64,000 bases of DNA from an uncultured Alphaproteobacteria bacterium (GCA_963824845.1 CAWGRB010000010.1:7091-71090), one strand, 5' to 3'; positions 38,143-50,984 are shown, numbered from the stretch's first letter. Notes: generated by a model not told the origin, from the sequence alone. Numbers and translations: made by a program.

Positions 38143-39431
38143 TAGCGGTCCACCTCCCCGAACACGATGTCGATGGCGGAGAGGACGGCGGTCGTGTCCG
38201 CGAGCATGTGGCCCTTCATCATGAAGTCCATCGCCTGCAGGTGGCTGAAACCGGTCGGGCGGATCTTGCAGCGGTAGGGGCGGTTGGTGCCGTCGGCGAC
38301 GAGGTAGACGCCGAACTCGCCCTTCGGGCTCTCGGTCGCGACGTACACTTCGCCCGCCGGCACGTGATAGCCCTCGGTGTACAGCTTGAAGTGATGGATG
38401 AGGGCCTCCATCGAGGTCTTCATCTCGGCCCGGCTCGGCGGGAACACCTTGCTGTCGGCGCCGATCGGCCCCTTCGGCATTTCGTTCAGGCACTGGCGGA
38501 CGATGCGCCAGCTCTGCCGGACCTCCTCGCAGCGGACCATGAAGCGGTCGTAGCAGTCGCCATTGGTCCCGACCGGAATGTCGAAGTCCATGCGGTCATA
38601 GACTTCGTATGGCTGCGAGCGGCGGATGTCCCACGGAATGCCGGATGCCCGGATCATCGGGCCGGAGAAGCCCCAGGCGATCGCGTCGTCCTTGTGGACC
38701 GTGCCGATGTCGACGTTGCGCTGCTTGAAGATTCGGTTGTCGGCGACCAGCGCGATGGCGTCCTCGAAAATCTGCAGGCGGTTGTCGAGGAAATCGCCGA
38801 TCTTGTTCAGCACCGCGGGCGGAATGTCCTCGCGGACTCCGCCGACACGGTAATAATTGGCGTGCATGCGCGCGCCGGACACATGCTCGTAGAGCTGCAT
38901 GATGTCTTCGCGCACTTCGAACAGCCACAGGTTGGGCGTCATCGCGCCCACGTCCATGATGTGGCTGCCGAGGTTCAGCATGTGGTTCGAGATGCGGGTC
39001 AGCTCCGCCATCATCGTGCGGATGTACTGGGCGCGGATCGGGATCTCGAGGCCGAGCAGCTTTTCGATGGCGAGCACGAAGCTGTGCTCCATGCACATCG
39101 GCGAGCAGTAATCGAGGCGGTCGAAGTAGGGCAGCGCCTGCTGGTAGGTCTTGTACTCGATCAGCTTTTCGGTGCCGCGGTGGAGCAGGCCGATGTGCGG
39201 ATCGACGCGCTCGACGATCTCGCCGTCGAGTTCCAGGATCAGGCGGAGGACTCCATGCGCCGCCGGATGCTGGGGCCCGAAATTGATCGTGTAGTTGCTG
39301 ATCCGGTCGTCGCCGGCATCGCGCGGATGGCCGATGTCGTCGCGCCACTCCTCGCCGACGCCGCCGCCGACGTTGATCTCGACCAGCCGCGGGCCGCCGC
39401 CCTTGCGCTCTTCGGTGCGAAGATCGCTCAT
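38142..39431 (-). CDS. nuoD: NADH-quinone oxidoreductase subunit D
   Basis: [45 protein letters not shown]. Confidence 0.98.
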   Translation of the reverse strand: MSDLRTEERKGGGPRLVEINVGGGVGEEWRDDIGHPRDAGDDRISNYTINFGPQHPAAHGVLRLILELDGEIVERVDPHIGLLHRGTEKLIEYKTYQQALPYFDRLDYCSPMCMEHSFVLAIEKLLGLEIPIRAQYIRTMMAELTRISNHMLNLGSHIMDVGAMTPNLWLFEVREDIMQLYEHVSGARMHANYYRVGGVREDIPPAVLNKIGDFLDNRLQIFEDAIALVADNRIFKQRNVDIGTVHKDDAIAWGFSGPMIRASGIPWDIRRSQPYEVYDRMDFDIPVGTNGDCYDRFMVRCEEVRQSWRIVRQCLNEMPKGPIGADSKVFPPSRAEMKTSMEALIHHFKLYTEGYHVPAGEVYVATESPKGEFGVYLVADGTNRPYRCKIRPTGFSHLQAMDFMMKGHMLADTTAVLSAIDIVFGEVDR

Positions 39432-40310
39432 GCGTCGCCCTTCGGCTTGCGCGGCGCGCGCGGCTTTGGCGAAGGCTTGGCGGAAGGTTTCGAAACCTCG
39501 CTCTCCGCCTTGGCAGCGCGAGGCTTGCGGGCCTGCTTTTTCGCTTCCTGCGTCGGCAGGCGCGCCGGCACCGGTCTCCGCCGGTCCGTCGGTCGTCTTC
39601 GGGACGTCCGTCGGAGTCTTCACGTTCTGCGGCGTCGTTCCGCCCGGCGCTGGCGCGGGTGACGGCGCACCGGGCGCTTCGCCGTGCGCCTTCTCGTCGC
39701 CGGGCAGCATATATTCCGGCCCTTCCCACGGCATCAGGAAGTCGAAGCTGCGGAAGTCCTGCGGGAGCGACACCGGCTCATAGACGACGCGCTTCTCGGC
39801 CTCCGAGTAGCGAAGCTCGACATGGCCGGTGAGCGGGAAGTCCTTCCGCTGCGGGAAGCCTTCGAACCCGTAGTCGGTGAGAATCCGGCGGAGGTCGTCG
39901 TTGCCGCTGAACGGCACCCCGTACATGTCGTACACCTCGCGCTCGAGCCAGCCGGCGACCGGCCACAGCCCGGTGACGCTCGGCACCGGCGTCGTCTCGT
40001 CGGTCGAAACCTTGACAATGATCCGCCGGTTCTTCGTCAGTGACAGCAGGCAGTAATTGCATTCGAACCGCTCCGGCCGCTCCGGATAGTCGACGCCGGC
40101 GATGTCCATCAGCTGCTGGTATTCGAGGCCGGGCGTATCGCGGAGCGCCCGGCAGGCGTCGACGATGCTGTCGCGGTGGACCACCAGCGTGATCTCGCCG
40201 ACATGCTCGCGCGCTTCGATGAGAGCCGCGCCGAGCGCAGCGGTCGCGGCGTCGATCACGCCGGCGTTCGAGGCCGTTTTCGGCACGTGGGACGCCAGGC
40301 TTACAGCCAT
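39428..40310 (-). CDS. nuoC: NADH-quinone oxidoreductase subunit C with a long low-complexity tail
   Basis: [40 protein letters not shown]; one indel in the tail. Confidence 0.96.
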
Positions 40311-40441
40311 GCCGGGCTCCAGCTCCCGTTCGTCCTGAGCGAAGTCGAAGGGCGTAGGCACGATGGCCCCGCGAGCCGCCCTTCGACTGCGCGCTTCGCG
40401 CTCCGCTCAGGACGAGCGGAAAGAGTGGCGTGCGCAATCAT
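40301..40441 (-). other. putative 46-codon bridge ORF ([46 protein letters not shown])
   Basis: ATG overlaps the nuoB stop (TGATG); the ORF ends overlapping the first 10 nt of nuoC. Confidence 0.45.
40326..40419. repeat. REP-like palindromic element (GTCCTGAGC...TCGAAGGG family), copy 2, opposite orientation to copy 1
   Basis: ccgttcgtcctgagcgaagtcgaagggc ... gcccttcgac...gctcaggacgagcgg. Confidence 0.9.
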
Positions 40442-41022
40442 CACCGCTCGATGGTCCCTTCGCGGCGAATCTTCCGCTGCAGCTGGAGGATTCCGTAGAG
40501 CAATGCTTCGGCGGTCGGCGGGCAGCCGGGGACGTAGATGTCGACCGGCACGATCCGGTCGCAGCCGCGAACGACGCTGTAGCTGTAGTGATAATAGCCG
40601 CCGCCGTTGGCGCAGCTTCCCATCGAGATCACGTAGCGCGGCTCGGCCATCTGGTCGTAGACTCGGCGCAGCGCCGGAGCCATCTTGTTGCACAGCGTTC
40701 CGGCAACGATCATCACGTCCGACTGGCGCGGGCTCGCGCGCGGGGCAACGCCAAATCGTTCAAGGTCGTAGCGCGGCATGTTCACATGGATCATCTCGAC
40801 CGCGCAGCAGGCGAGGCCGAAGGTCATCCACCATAGCGAGCCGGTGCGCGCCCAGGTGAACAGGTCCTCGGCCGTGGTGACCATGAAGCCCTTTTCGTTC
40901 AGCGACTGCTGAAGCTCGAGCAGCTTGGCCTGGTCGACTTCGCCCGGGACGAGCCCGGCAATGCGCGCCAGCTCCTCCTCGGTCGGCATCCGGTCTTCGG
41001 GGCCGCGGAGCATCACTCCCAT
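40441..41022 (-). CDS. nuoB: NADH-quinone oxidoreductase subunit B
   Basis: [41 protein letters not shown]. Confidence 0.98.
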   Translation of the reverse strand: MGVMLRGPEDRMPTEEELARIAGLVPGEVDQAKLLELQQSLNEKGFMVTTAEDLFTWARTGSLWWMTFGLACCAVEMIHVNMPRYDLERFGVAPRASPRQSDVMIVAGTLCNKMAPALRRVYDQMAEPRYVISMGSCANGGGYYHYSYSVVRGCDRIVPVDIYVPGCPPTAEALLYGILQLQRKIRREGTIER

Positions 41023-41390
41023 TCGAGCGCACCCTTCTTCCAGGCGTAGGCAAGCCCGAGGCCAAGCTCGATGAGGAAGATCATCATCGCCGCCCAGCCG
41101 GTCCAGTGCGTGAAGTTCAGGCTGACGGCCCACGGAAACAGGAATGCCGCTTCGAGGTCGAAGACGATGAACAGGATTGCGACGAGGTAGAAGCGGACGT
41201 CGAACTCGGCGCGGGCATCCTCGAACGCGGGGAAGCCGCATTCATATTCGCTGAGCTTGGCCGGGTCGGGCTGGTGCGCGCCGGTGAAGCGCGAGACGAT
41301 CATCGGCAGCACCACGAACGCCCCGGACAACCCCAGAGCGACGATCAGGAACAACAGGATCGGCAGGTAGCCTGCGGCGACGCTTGCCAA
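41013..41390 (-). CDS. nuoA: NADH-quinone oxidoreductase subunit A
   Basis: [36 protein letters not shown]. Confidence 0.98.
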   Translation of the reverse strand: MASVAAGYLPILLFLIVALGLSGAFVVLPMIVSRFTGAHQPDPAKLSEYECGFPAFEDARAEFDVRFYLVAILFIVFDLEAAFLFPWAVSLNFTHWTGWAAMMIFLIELGLGLAYAWKKGALEWE

Positions 41391-41461
41391 GGGACACTCC
41401 GGACTTGAAAAGTTGGCCGCGCTTTAGGGCAGCGAGTAGCGCCTCGCAACCGTCTGGACGG

Positions 41462-42274
41462 CTATCGGAGCGCTCCGGCGACAAGCTTTTGAAGCTTGCT
41501 GTGAATTGCCGCCGATCCGGCGACATATTCGCCGCGCTCGAACGCCCGGTCGGCGCCGCGATAGTCGCTGACGAAGCCGCCCGCCTCACGGACGAGGAGA
41601 ACGCCGGCCGCCGTGTCCCAGAGGTCAAGCGCATCTTCCCAGAAGCCGTCCATGCGTCCGGCTGCGACCCAGGCGAGATCGAGCGCCGCCGAGCCGAAGC
41701 GGCGGATTCCGGCGACTTGCGGCGCAACGGCGAGGTAGATCTTGGCCCACTGCTCCGGGTTGCCGCGGCCGAGGAACGGGATTCCGGTGCCGATGACGCT
41801 GTCGGCGAGGTCGCGGCGGGCGGACACCCGCAGCCGCGCGTCCTGAAGCCAGGCGCCCCTGCCCTTTTCGGCCCAGAAGCTCTCGTCCGTCAGCGGCTGA
41901 TAGACGAGGCCTTGCGTGATCTCCGTCGCGCCGCCCGGCTTTGTCTCCTCCACCGCGATGGAGATCGAGAAATGCGGAATGCCGTGAAGGAAGTTGGTGG
42001 TTCCGTCGAGCGGGTCGACGATCCAGCGCGGCTTGTCGGGATTGCCGGCGATCTCGCCACCTTCTTCCAGAAGCATGCCCCAGTCGGGCCGAGCGTTGCG
42101 AAGCTCGTCGACGATCGTCTGTTCGGAGCGCTTGTCGGCCATCGACACGAAGTCGGCCGGCCCCTTGCGGCTGACCTGCAGCTGCTCGACCTCGCCGAAG
42201 TCGCGGCGAAGGCGCGGCGCTGCCTTGCGAGCCGCGCGCTGCATGACGGTGATCAGGCCGGAGTGGGCAACCAT
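41462..42274 (-). CDS. suhB: inositol monophosphatase family protein SuhB
   Basis: WIVDPLDGTTNFLHG, RRFGSAALDL, WDTAAG. Confidence 0.95.
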   Translation of the reverse strand: MVAHSGLITVMQRAARKAAPRLRRDFGEVEQLQVSRKGPADFVSMADKRSEQTIVDELRNARPDWGMLLEEGGEIAGNPDKPRWIVDPLDGTTNFLHGIPHFSISIAVEETKPGGATEITQGLVYQPLTDESFWAEKGRGAWLQDARLRVSARRDLADSVIGTGIPFLGRGNPEQWAKIYLAVAPQVAGIRRFGSAALDLAWVAAGRMDGFWEDALDLWDTAAGVLLVREAGGFVSDYRGADRAFERGEYVAGSAAIHSKLQKLVAGALR

Positions 42275-42280
42275 TCGCGG

Positions 42281-42844
42281 CTAATCGGCCCGGCGGACGT
42301 AGGTCTGCTCGTAGACGTCGACGACGATCCGCGTTCCGGCGCCGATGTGCGGCGGGACCATGACCCGGACTCCATTGTCGAGGATCGCCGGCTTGTAGCT
42401 CGACGAGGCGGTCTGGCCCTTCACGACGGCGTCGGCCTCGACGATGGTCGCTTCGATCTGGTCGGGGAGCTGAACGCTGATCGGCCGCTCGTCATAGAGT
42501 TCCATGACGACGTCCATGCCGTCCTGGAGGAACGCCGCAGCGTCGCCGAGCAGGTCGCGCGGAAGGCTGATCTGCTCGTAATTCTCCTTGTCCATGAAGG
42601 TCAGCATGTCGCCGTCGGCGAACAGGAACTGGAAGTCCTTGGTGTCGAGCCGGACTCGCTCGACCGTCTCGGCCGAGCGGAAGCGGACGTTGTTCTTGCG
42701 GCCGTCGATCAGGTTCTTCATCTCGACCTGCATGTAGGCGCCGCCCTTACCCGGCTGGGTGTGCTGGATTTTCACGGCGCGCCAGATGCCGCCTTCATAT
42801 TCGATGATGTTGCCGGGACGGATGTCCACGCCGCTGATCTTCAT
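42281..42844 (-). CDS. efp: elongation factor P
   Basis: QPGKGGA loop, SSYKPA, VPPHI. Confidence 0.98.
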   Translation of the reverse strand: MKISGVDIRPGNIIEYEGGIWRAVKIQHTQPGKGGAYMQVEMKNLIDGRKNNVRFRSAETVERVRLDTKDFQFLFADGDMLTFMDKENYEQISLPRDLLGDAAAFLQDGMDVVMELYDERPISVQLPDQIEATIVEADAVVKGQTASSSYKPAILDNGVRVMVPPHIGAGTRIVVDVYEQTYVRRAD

Positions 42845-42907
42845 GATCGCCTACCTGCTGACTGATGAAAGAGCCGCCGCGGGGCGAGCCCGCGATTGGC
42901 GCGGGCC

Positions 42908-43528
42908 TTAGCCGCTGGCCTTTTTTCCGGCAAGCAGCGGGTAAGGATTGATCGCCGTACCGTTCCACCAGCGCTCTCCAGGGGCCATGCTGTTCACCGC
43001 GAAGTGGAGGTGCGGGCCGGCAGCACTCGCGTCGCCAGTATGGCCGACGCGGCCGATCACTTGCCCGCGCTTGACCTGCTCGCCCTCGTGCAGGCCGGGC
43101 GCATAGGCCGAGAGATGGGCGTAATAATAGATCCACTTCTGGTCGGGCGAGCGTTCGTAGATGGTCGTGCCGCCGCGGACGCTGTTGAACAATTTCTCGA
43201 TGGTCCCGTCGGAGGCGGCGATCACCGGAGTTCCCTCGCTCGCCATGATGTCGATGGCGTCATGACGCCGGCCCTGGGACCGCGCGGCGTCGAAGGTATC
43301 GGTGAGCTGGTCGGGCTTGATGCCGACAACCGGTAGCGCAAGGCCTGACGGCGTGACCTGAACCTGCTCGGCGACCTCCACCGGGGGCGCGTTGTCCGGC
43401 TTGACGGTGACGACCGGTCCACTGCGAGCGACAGCCGGCGGCTTCGACGGCACGAAATTGTAGAACCAGATCCAGAACATGCTCGTCACGAACGCGGTGA
43501 GCAGAGCCGTACCGATGACCTTGAGCAT
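42908..43528 (-). CDS. M23 family metallopeptidase
   Basis: HDAIDI (HxxxD), YYAHL, GPHLHF (HxH); N-terminal TM. Confidence 0.93.
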   Translation of the reverse strand: MLKVIGTALLTAFVTSMFWIWFYNFVPSKPPAVARSGPVVTVKPDNAPPVEVAEQVQVTPSGLALPVVGIKPDQLTDTFDAARSQGRRHDAIDIMASEGTPVIAASDGTIEKLFNSVRGGTTIYERSPDQKWIYYYAHLSAYAPGLHEGEQVKRGQVIGRVGHTGDASAAGPHLHFAVNSMAPGERWWNGTAINPYPLLAGKKASG

Positions 43529-43571
43529 GAATTTCGCAACCTCGGCTAGTGAACGTTGTTCAGCTGGAACG

Positions 43572-44333
43572 ATGGAGCAAAGAAGAGTTTCCGAGGATGC
43601 ACCGGCCGCCGTCCACATCGGCTGCTCCGGCTGGGTCTACAAACACTGGCGTGGCATCCTCTATCCCGAAGGACTGCCGCAAAAGCGCTGGTTCGAGCGC
43701 TATGCCGAGGATTTCGACACGGTCGAGATCAACGCCAGCTTCTACCGGCTGCCGCTCGCGTCCACTTTCGATGGCTGGCGGGCCAAGGCGCCGGAGGGTT
43801 TCCGCTACGCGCTCAAGGTCAGCCGCTTCATCACGCACCTGAAGAAGCTGGTCGGGGTCGAGGACGCGGTGAACGAGTTCGCTGCGCTCGCCCGCCGGCT
43901 GGAGGGGAAGCTTGGGCCTCTACTCTACCAGCTGCCGCCGAGCCTGAAGCTGGACCTCGACCGGCTCGAGGCATTCCTCAAGATCATCCCTGGGGATCTA
44001 GCCAACGTGTTCGAGTTCCGCAGCGCCGACTGGTACGTGCCCGAAACCTACGCGCTGCTCGACCGCTACGGAGCGTCGTTCTGCGTCCACGACATGCGCG
44101 GATCGGCGACACAGCGCATCGCCGTCGGTCCGGTCGCCTACGTTCGCTTCCATGGCGGGGTGGGCAAATATTGGGGCCGCTATTCCGACGATGCGCTGCT
44201 CGGCTGGACCGACTGGGTCGTCGAGCAGTCACGCCAGGGACGCAGCGTGTGGTGCTATTTCAACAACGACATTCACGGCCACGCAATCCACGATGCACAG
44301 ACGCTGCGGTCGATGGTCGGCCAGGCGCGATAG
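43572..44333 (+). CDS. DUF72 family protein
   Basis: IGCSGW.Y..W, VEINASFY, QLPPS, EFR, YVRFHG, YFNND. Confidence 0.93.
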   Translation: MEQRRVSEDAPAAVHIGCSGWVYKHWRGILYPEGLPQKRWFERYAEDFDTVEINASFYRLPLASTFDGWRAKAPEGFRYALKVSRFITHLKKLVGVEDAVNEFAALARRLEGKLGPLLYQLPPSLKLDLDRLEAFLKIIPGDLANVFEFRSADWYVPETYALLDRYGASFCVHDMRGSATQRIAVGPVAYVRFHGGVGKYWGRYSDDALLGWTDWVVEQSRQGRSVWCYFNNDIHGHAIHDAQTLRSMVGQAR

Positions 44334-44464
44334 GCCGCTAGTTGCAGGCCAGCAACAGACCCGCGGCAAAGTCTCCACACTCTCTTGCCGAAGCACCCGC
44401 AGGGCCTCTAGGGGCGCGCCGCGGCAAGGCGCCGCCAGTAAATCGAGACGGGGGAATATCCTAC

Positions 44465-45019
44465 ATGATCAAGTATGTGGTGAGCGCGGCTGTCGCGCTC
44501 GCAGTGTCGACGCCTGCGTTCGCGGCGGACTTCACCGGCCCGCGGGTCGAGGCTCGAATCGGCTGGGAAACGCCGACGGTGAGCGGCGACGGCGATGTCT
44601 ACAAGCTCGGCAGCGCCGTCAGCTACGGCGGCGAGATCGGCTATGACCTCAAGGCCGGCCGCAACGTCACCGTGGGCGCCTACGGCAGCCTGGAGAAGTC
44701 GTCGGTCAAGGACTGTGCAGAGGGCTACTGCCTCGGCGTCGATTACAATTGGCAGGCCGGCGCGCGCGTCGGTCTCGGCTTCGGCCGCGCGCTTGGCTAC
44801 GTGAAGCTCGGCTATTCGAACCTGAAGCTCAACGCGAGCGTCGACGAATTCTCGGGCAACGAGACCAAGGGCGGCGTTGGCGGTGGCATCGGCGTCGACG
44901 TCAATGCCGGCAAGCGCCTCTACTGGGGCGTCGAAGCCAATTATTCCGACTTCGGCAAGATCGAAGGCATCAACTTCCAGCGCCGCCAGGTCGCGGCGAA
45001 GGTTGGGGTGCGCTTCTAA
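44465..45019 (+). CDS. outer-membrane beta-barrel protein (Omp25/OMP_b-brl-like)
   Basis: Signal peptide, FTGPRVEARIGW, YGGEIGYD, alternating strands, C-terminal Phe. Confidence 0.88.
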   Translation: MIKYVVSAAVALAVSTPAFAADFTGPRVEARIGWETPTVSGDGDVYKLGSAVSYGGEIGYDLKAGRNVTVGAYGSLEKSSVKDCAEGYCLGVDYNWQAGARVGLGFGRALGYVKLGYSNLKLNASVDEFSGNETKGGVGGGIGVDVNAGKRLYWGVEANYSDFGKIEGINFQRRQVAAKVGVRF

Positions 45020-45031
45020 GCCCATTCGAAC

Positions 45032-45070
45032 GGCGTGCGGGGGAGCCAGTCTCCCGCACGCCTCATTTTT
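45032..45070. terminator. intrinsic terminator hairpin between convergent genes
   Basis: ggcgtgcgggggag / ctcccgcacgcc stem followed by tcattttt. Confidence 0.7.
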
Positions 45071-45743
45071 CAGAGTGCGATCCGGCGAGCACCGCTTCGA
45101 AGGCCCGAACAGCCGCTGCCGGATCATCCTTTCCCCACACTGCCTGGCAGACGGCCAGGAAATCGGCGCCGGCTTCGACGAGCGGCGGCGCATTGTCCGG
45201 CGTGATCCCGCCAATCGCGACGCACGGGATTTCGAACAAGGTCGACCACCAGGTCAGGATCGCCGGTTCGGGCCGGTATCGTGAGGGCTTGGTCGTGGTT
45301 GGATAGAAAGCGCCGAACGCCACGTAATCCGCGCCGGCTTCGCCCGCGTCCATCGCAAGATGGCGGCTGTCGTGGCAGGTCTTGCCGATCTGGGCGTGTG
45401 GTCCGAGCAGCGCCCGCGCCTCGCGGACGTCGCCGTCCTGCTGACCCAAATGCACGCCGTCGGCGCCGAGCCGCTTCGCAAGCGCGATGCTGTCATTGAC
45501 GATGAAGGCGACGTCCGCGTCGGCGCAGATGCGCTGAAGCGGTTCGGCGAGTCGCGCCAGGGCGTGCTCGTCGATATCCTTGACGCGGAGCTGGAACGCC
45601 GCGGCGATCCCCGGTTCGAGCGCAGCCTTGAGGCGGTCCGGAAAGCTGCCGCCGACCTCCTGCGGACTGATCAGGTAGAGCTCGCACGGGCCCCGCTCGC
45701 CGGGTGCGAAATCCTCCGCGAAACCCTCGACGACCTCGTCCAA
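45063..45743 (-). CDS. thiE: thiamine phosphate synthase
   Basis: LYLISP, FQLRVK, IVND, DGVHLGQ.D, ADYVAFG, AIGGIT. Confidence 0.93.
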   Translation of the reverse strand: MDEVVEGFAEDFAPGERGPCELYLISPQEVGGSFPDRLKAALEPGIAAAFQLRVKDIDEHALARLAEPLQRICADADVAFIVNDSIALAKRLGADGVHLGQQDGDVREARALLGPHAQIGKTCHDSRHLAMDAGEAGADYVAFGAFYPTTTKPSRYRPEPAILTWWSTLFEIPCVAIGGITPDNAPPLVEAGADFLAVCQAVWGKDDPAAAVRAFEAVLAGSHSEK

Positions 45744-45745
45744 GC

Positions 45746-46645
45746 TCAGACCGGAAGTTCGGAGACCGAGGCCTCGTAGATCTGGTCGATCGCACTGCCG
45801 AGGGTGCGGTTAAAATCCTCGTCGCTCTGATGGTGGCGCAGGTCCGACAGCAAGGCGCGGCTGAAACTGGCGATCAGGCCGGGGTTCCTGGCAAGCTCGC
45901 GACACGCTTCCTCTCGCGAGAAGCCGCCGGACAGAGCGACGACGCGGAGCACGCCCGGATGCTCCACCAGCGGCTGGAACAGGTTCGCCTCGGCGGGGAT
46001 CGACAGCTTGAGCATCACCTGCTGGTCGTCGGCGAGGCCGTCGAGCGCCTTCAGAAGTTCGTCGAGCAGGATGCGGTCGCTAGCCTCGCGGTCGGCGCTC
46101 TTGATATTCACTTCCGGCTCGATGATCGGCATCAGCCCGGCGGCGAGCACCTGGCGGGCAACGTCGAACTGCTGGGCGACGATCGCGGCGATGCCCTCGC
46201 GATTGGCCGCGTTGATGACCGATCGCTCCTTGGTGCCGAATACCCCGAGCGATTTCGCGCGCTTCAGCAGCGAGTCCAGATCCGGCATTGGCTTCATCAG
46301 CTGGACACCGTTGCCCTCGTCTTCCAGGCCCTTGTCGATCTTGATGAAGGGCACGACGCCCTGGTCGATGAGCGCCTGCGGGGTCGGCTTTCCGTCGACC
46401 GTGCCGTCCATCGTCCGCTCGAACAGGATCGCGCCGATCACCTTGCCGCCGCCGAAGCAGGGTGCGGTGATGATCCGCGAGCGCATCTGGTGGATGAGGT
46501 CGAACATCTCCTCGTCGCTGCTCCATGCGCCCTCTTCGACGCCGTAGCCCGCGAGGGCCTTGGGCGTTGAGCCGCCCGACTGGTCGAGCGCGGCGATGAA
46601 GCCGTTTCCACGTGCGATCTTCGCGGTCATCTCGGACTGCTTCAT
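45746..46645 (-). CDS. fda: fructose-bisphosphate aldolase class I
   Basis: [48 protein letters not shown]. Confidence 0.93.
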   Translation of the reverse strand: MKQSEMTAKIARGNGFIAALDQSGGSTPKALAGYGVEEGAWSSDEEMFDLIHQMRSRIITAPCFGGGKVIGAILFERTMDGTVDGKPTPQALIDQGVVPFIKIDKGLEDEGNGVQLMKPMPDLDSLLKRAKSLGVFGTKERSVINAANREGIAAIVAQQFDVARQVLAAGLMPIIEPEVNIKSADREASDRILLDELLKALDGLADDQQVMLKLSIPAEANLFQPLVEHPGVLRVVALSGGFSREEACRELARNPGLIASFSRALLSDLRHHQSDEDFNRTLGSAIDQIYEASVSELPV

Positions 46646-47859
46646 TTGATCCCCTGTTGCTGTTCGAGAGCGGCGACGCCTGGCAGCACGCGGCCCTCCA
46701 TCCATTCGAGAAACGCCCCGCCCGCCGTTGACACGAAGGTGAAGTCCTGGGCGACGCCGGCCTGGTTAAGCGCTGCCACCGTGTCCCCGCCGCCGGCGAC
46801 CGAGACCAGGGAGCCCTCCTTGGTCAGCGCCGCGGCCGTCTTTGCGAGAGCAACTGTCGCCGCGTCGAACGGCGGAGTCTCGAAGGCGCCGAGCGGCCCG
46901 TTCCACACCAACGTGCGGCAGGTCTTGAGAACGTCGGCGAGCGCTTCGACGGCGGCGGGACCGATGTCGAGGATCATCTCGTCCGGTTGCACCTCGTGCA
47001 CGTTGCAGGTCCGAATCGATGGCGGATTAGGCGCGAACTCCTTCGCAACCACTACGTCGTAGGGCAGATGGATCGTGCAGCCGGCCTGGTCGGCACGCTC
47101 GAAGATGCTTTCGGCTTCGCCGGTCAGCTCATGCTCGCACAGCGACTTGCCGACGTTGACCCCGCGCGCCGCAAGGAAGGTGTTGGCCATTCCGCCGCCG
47201 ATGATGAGATGATCGACCTTGCCGACGAGGTGGCCGAGCACCGCGAGCTTGGTCGAAACCTTGGCTCCGCCGACGACGGCAGCCACCGGGCGCTCCGGAT
47301 GCCCAAGCGCCCGCTCCAAAGCCTTGAGCTCGGCCTCCATCGCCCGCCCGGCGAAGCTCGGCAGGTAATGCGTGATGCCCTCGGTCGACGCATGGGCGCG
47401 GTGGGCCGAGGAGAAGGCGTCGTCGACATAATAGTCACCGAGCGCTGCCATCGCCTTGGCAAGCCCGGGGTCGTTGCTTTCCTCGCCGCGGTGAAACCGC
47501 GTGTTTTCCAGCACGCCAATGTTGCCGGGCAGCATGGTGGCGATCGCTCGCTCGGCCTCGGGGCCCTGGCAGTCCTCGATGAAGCGCACTGAACGGCCGG
47601 CGAGGCGGTGGATCGGCAGCACCAGCTGCGCGGTCGACATGTCGGGGCGGCTCTCGCCTTTGGGCCTGCCGAAGTGCGACAGCAAAAGCACGATCGCGCC
47701 GCGGTCGCTGAGCTCCAGCACGGTCGGCAACATCGCCCGAAGCCGCGTGTCATCGGTGACCTTGGCGCCGTCCATCGGCACGTTGAGGTCGACGCGGACC
47801 AGGACCTTCTTGCCGGTCAGGTCCTCAGGCAGGTCGTCGAGGGTCTTGAACGCGCTCAC
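46642..47859 (-). CDS. pgk: phosphoglycerate kinase
   Basis: [39 protein letters not shown]. Confidence 0.98.
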   Translation of the reverse strand: MSAFKTLDDLPEDLTGKKVLVRVDLNVPMDGAKVTDDTRLRAMLPTVLELSDRGAIVLLLSHFGRPKGESRPDMSTAQLVLPIHRLAGRSVRFIEDCQGPEAERAIATMLPGNIGVLENTRFHRGEESNDPGLAKAMAALGDYYVDDAFSSAHRAHASTEGITHYLPSFAGRAMEAELKALERALGHPERPVAAVVGGAKVSTKLAVLGHLVGKVDHLIIGGGMANTFLAARGVNVGKSLCEHELTGEAESIFERADQAGCTIHLPYDVVVAKEFAPNPPSIRTCNVHEVQPDEMILDIGPAAVEALADVLKTCRTLVWNGPLGAFETPPFDAATVALAKTAAALTKEGSLVSVAGGGDTVAALNQAGVAQDFTFVSTAGGAFLEWMEGRVLPGVAALEQQQGIK

Positions 47860-47860
47860 C

Positions 47861-48864
<1,004 letters not shown>

Positions 48865-48868
<4 letters not shown>

Positions 48869-50856
48869 TGAATGCCTCTTTGCTTCATGAAGTCCGAGAT
48901 TCGGGCCGTGATCTTGTCCGCGGTCAGCCCGAAATAGTCATAGGCGTCCGGAGCTGGAGCCGAGACGCCGAACCGGTCGATGCCGATGCGAAGGCCGTGC
49001 AGCCCGGTGTAGCGCTCCCAGCCGATGGTGGTGCCTGCCTCGATCGAGACCCGCAGGATCTCGCGGTTGCTGACGTCCGGCAGCACGTCCTCGCGGTAAT
49101 CCCAGGGCTGCGCGTCGAAGCGCTCGGTGCACGGCATGGAGACAACGTCGGCACCCACGCCCGCCGCTTCAAGCTGTGCGGCGACGTCAAGGGCGATTTC
49201 GACTTCGGAGCCGGTCGCGAGCAGGATCGCCTTGCGGGGCTTGCCGGCAGGCTTGAGCCTGTAGGCGCCGCGTGCGGACAGGTTTTCCGGCGCCGCTTCG
49301 GTCCGCACCGGGCGGACGTTCTGGCGGGTAAGAGCAAGGATGCTCGGGCCTTCGCTGGCGAGCGCAAGGGCCCAGCATTCGGCGGTCTCGACGGCGTCCG
49401 CGGGGCGGAAGACCTCGAGTTGCGGGATCACGCGCAGGCTCTGCAGATGCTCGATCGGCTGGTGGGTCGGACCATCCTCGCCGAGTCCGATCGAAGTCGT
49501 GGGTCATGACGTAGATGACGCGGGCGTTCTGCAGAGCGGACAGGCGGATCGCGGGGCGCGCGTAGTCGGTGAAGACCAGGAACGTCCCGCCATAAGGAAT
49601 GACGCCGCCGTGCAGCGCCATTCCGTTCATCGCCGCGGCCATCCCGAACTCGCGGATGCCGTAATAGATGTAGCGGCCGGCGTAGTTGTGCGCCGTCAGC
49701 GGCTCCAGGCTCTTGGTCCTGGTGTTGTTGGAGCCGGTGAGATCGGCCGAGCCGCCGATCGTCGCCGGGATGGCGGTATTGATCGCCTCGAGCGCCATTT
49801 CCGAGGCTTTGCGGGTCGCGACGGGCTTCAAATCGAGGAGCAGCTTGTCGAGGTACGGGCGGAGCCAGGCGTTGCTCACCTTCCCGTTCAGCGCGGGCAA
49901 GCAGTTCGTCCTTGCGGCCGCTGCTCTCCAGCCGGTCGCTCCACAGCGCGTGCTCGACGCTGCCGCGCTTGCCCGCCGACCGCCAGGCGGTGAGCACGTC
50001 TTCCGGCACCGAGAATTCCTCGGCGTCAAGGCCGAGTTCGGCGCGCGCCGCCTCGACCTCCGCCTTGCCGAGCGCCGAGCCGTGGGTCGCGGCGGTGCCT
50101 TGCTTGTTGGGCGCGCCGAAGCCGATGATGGTTCGGCAGCGGATGAGGCTCGGCCGCGGATCGGCGGTGGCTTCGGCAATCGCCCTGCTGACGTCGTCGG
50201 CGTCGAGCCCGTCGCAATCGACCACGTGCCACTGCGCGGCGCGGTGGCGAGCGACGACATCCTCGTTGCGCGACAATTCGGTCGACCCGTCGATGGTGAT
50301 GCTGTTGTCGTCCCACAGGACGATCAGGCGGCCGAGCCCGAGCGTGCCGGCAAGTCCGATCGCCTCGTGGTTGATGCCCTCCATGAGGCAGCCGTCGCCG
50401 GCAATGACGAAGGTGCGGTGATCGACGAGGTCGTCGCCGTAGATCGCGTTGAGGTGGCGCTCGGCGATCGCCATACCGACCGCCATCGCGACGCCCTGGC
50501 CGAGCGGACCGGTGGTGACCTCGACTCCCGGAAGCTCGAAATTCTCCGGGTGGCCGGCGGTCGGCGAGCCGAGCTGGCGGAAGCGCTCGATATCGTCGAG
50601 CGTCGGCCGCTCGTAGCCGGTCAGGTAGAGCAAGAGCGTAGATCAGCATCGAGCCGTGGCCGGCCGACAGGATGAAGCGGTCGCGGTCGGGCCAGTGCGG
50701 GTCGGCGGCGTCGAACTTCAGGTGCCGGGTGAACAGAGCGGTCGCGGCATCGGCCATGCCCATCGGCATGCCGGGATGGCCACTGTTCGCGGCTTCGACC
50801 GCGTCCATCGCGAGGGCCCGGATGGCATTGGCCAGGCGGCGGTCGGTCGGCTGCAT
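48865..50856 (-). CDS. tkt: transketolase (frameshifted)
   Basis: [42 protein letters not shown]. Confidence 0.97.
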
Positions 50857-50984
50857 CGAGGCTCCGTCGAGGGTGCGGGCACGCGCCTGATAAAGGCGGG
50901 CCGATGACGCGTTCCCTTTGGTCGGTGAGCGGTTTGCCGTCAATGCTTGCGGGGCGGCGGCAGATTGCTTACCGCGAGCTTTCC

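Noticed and set aside
38142..40361. Apparent NuoCD fusion (739-aa ORF)
   Set aside because: One indel near 39550 restores a Lys/Pro-rich NuoC tail ending in an ATGA overlap with the nuoD start.
44334..44464. Possible riboswitch in the leader of the OMP gene (also 52290-52460)
   Set aside because: I could not recognise any aptamer consensus; an Rfam search would be needed.
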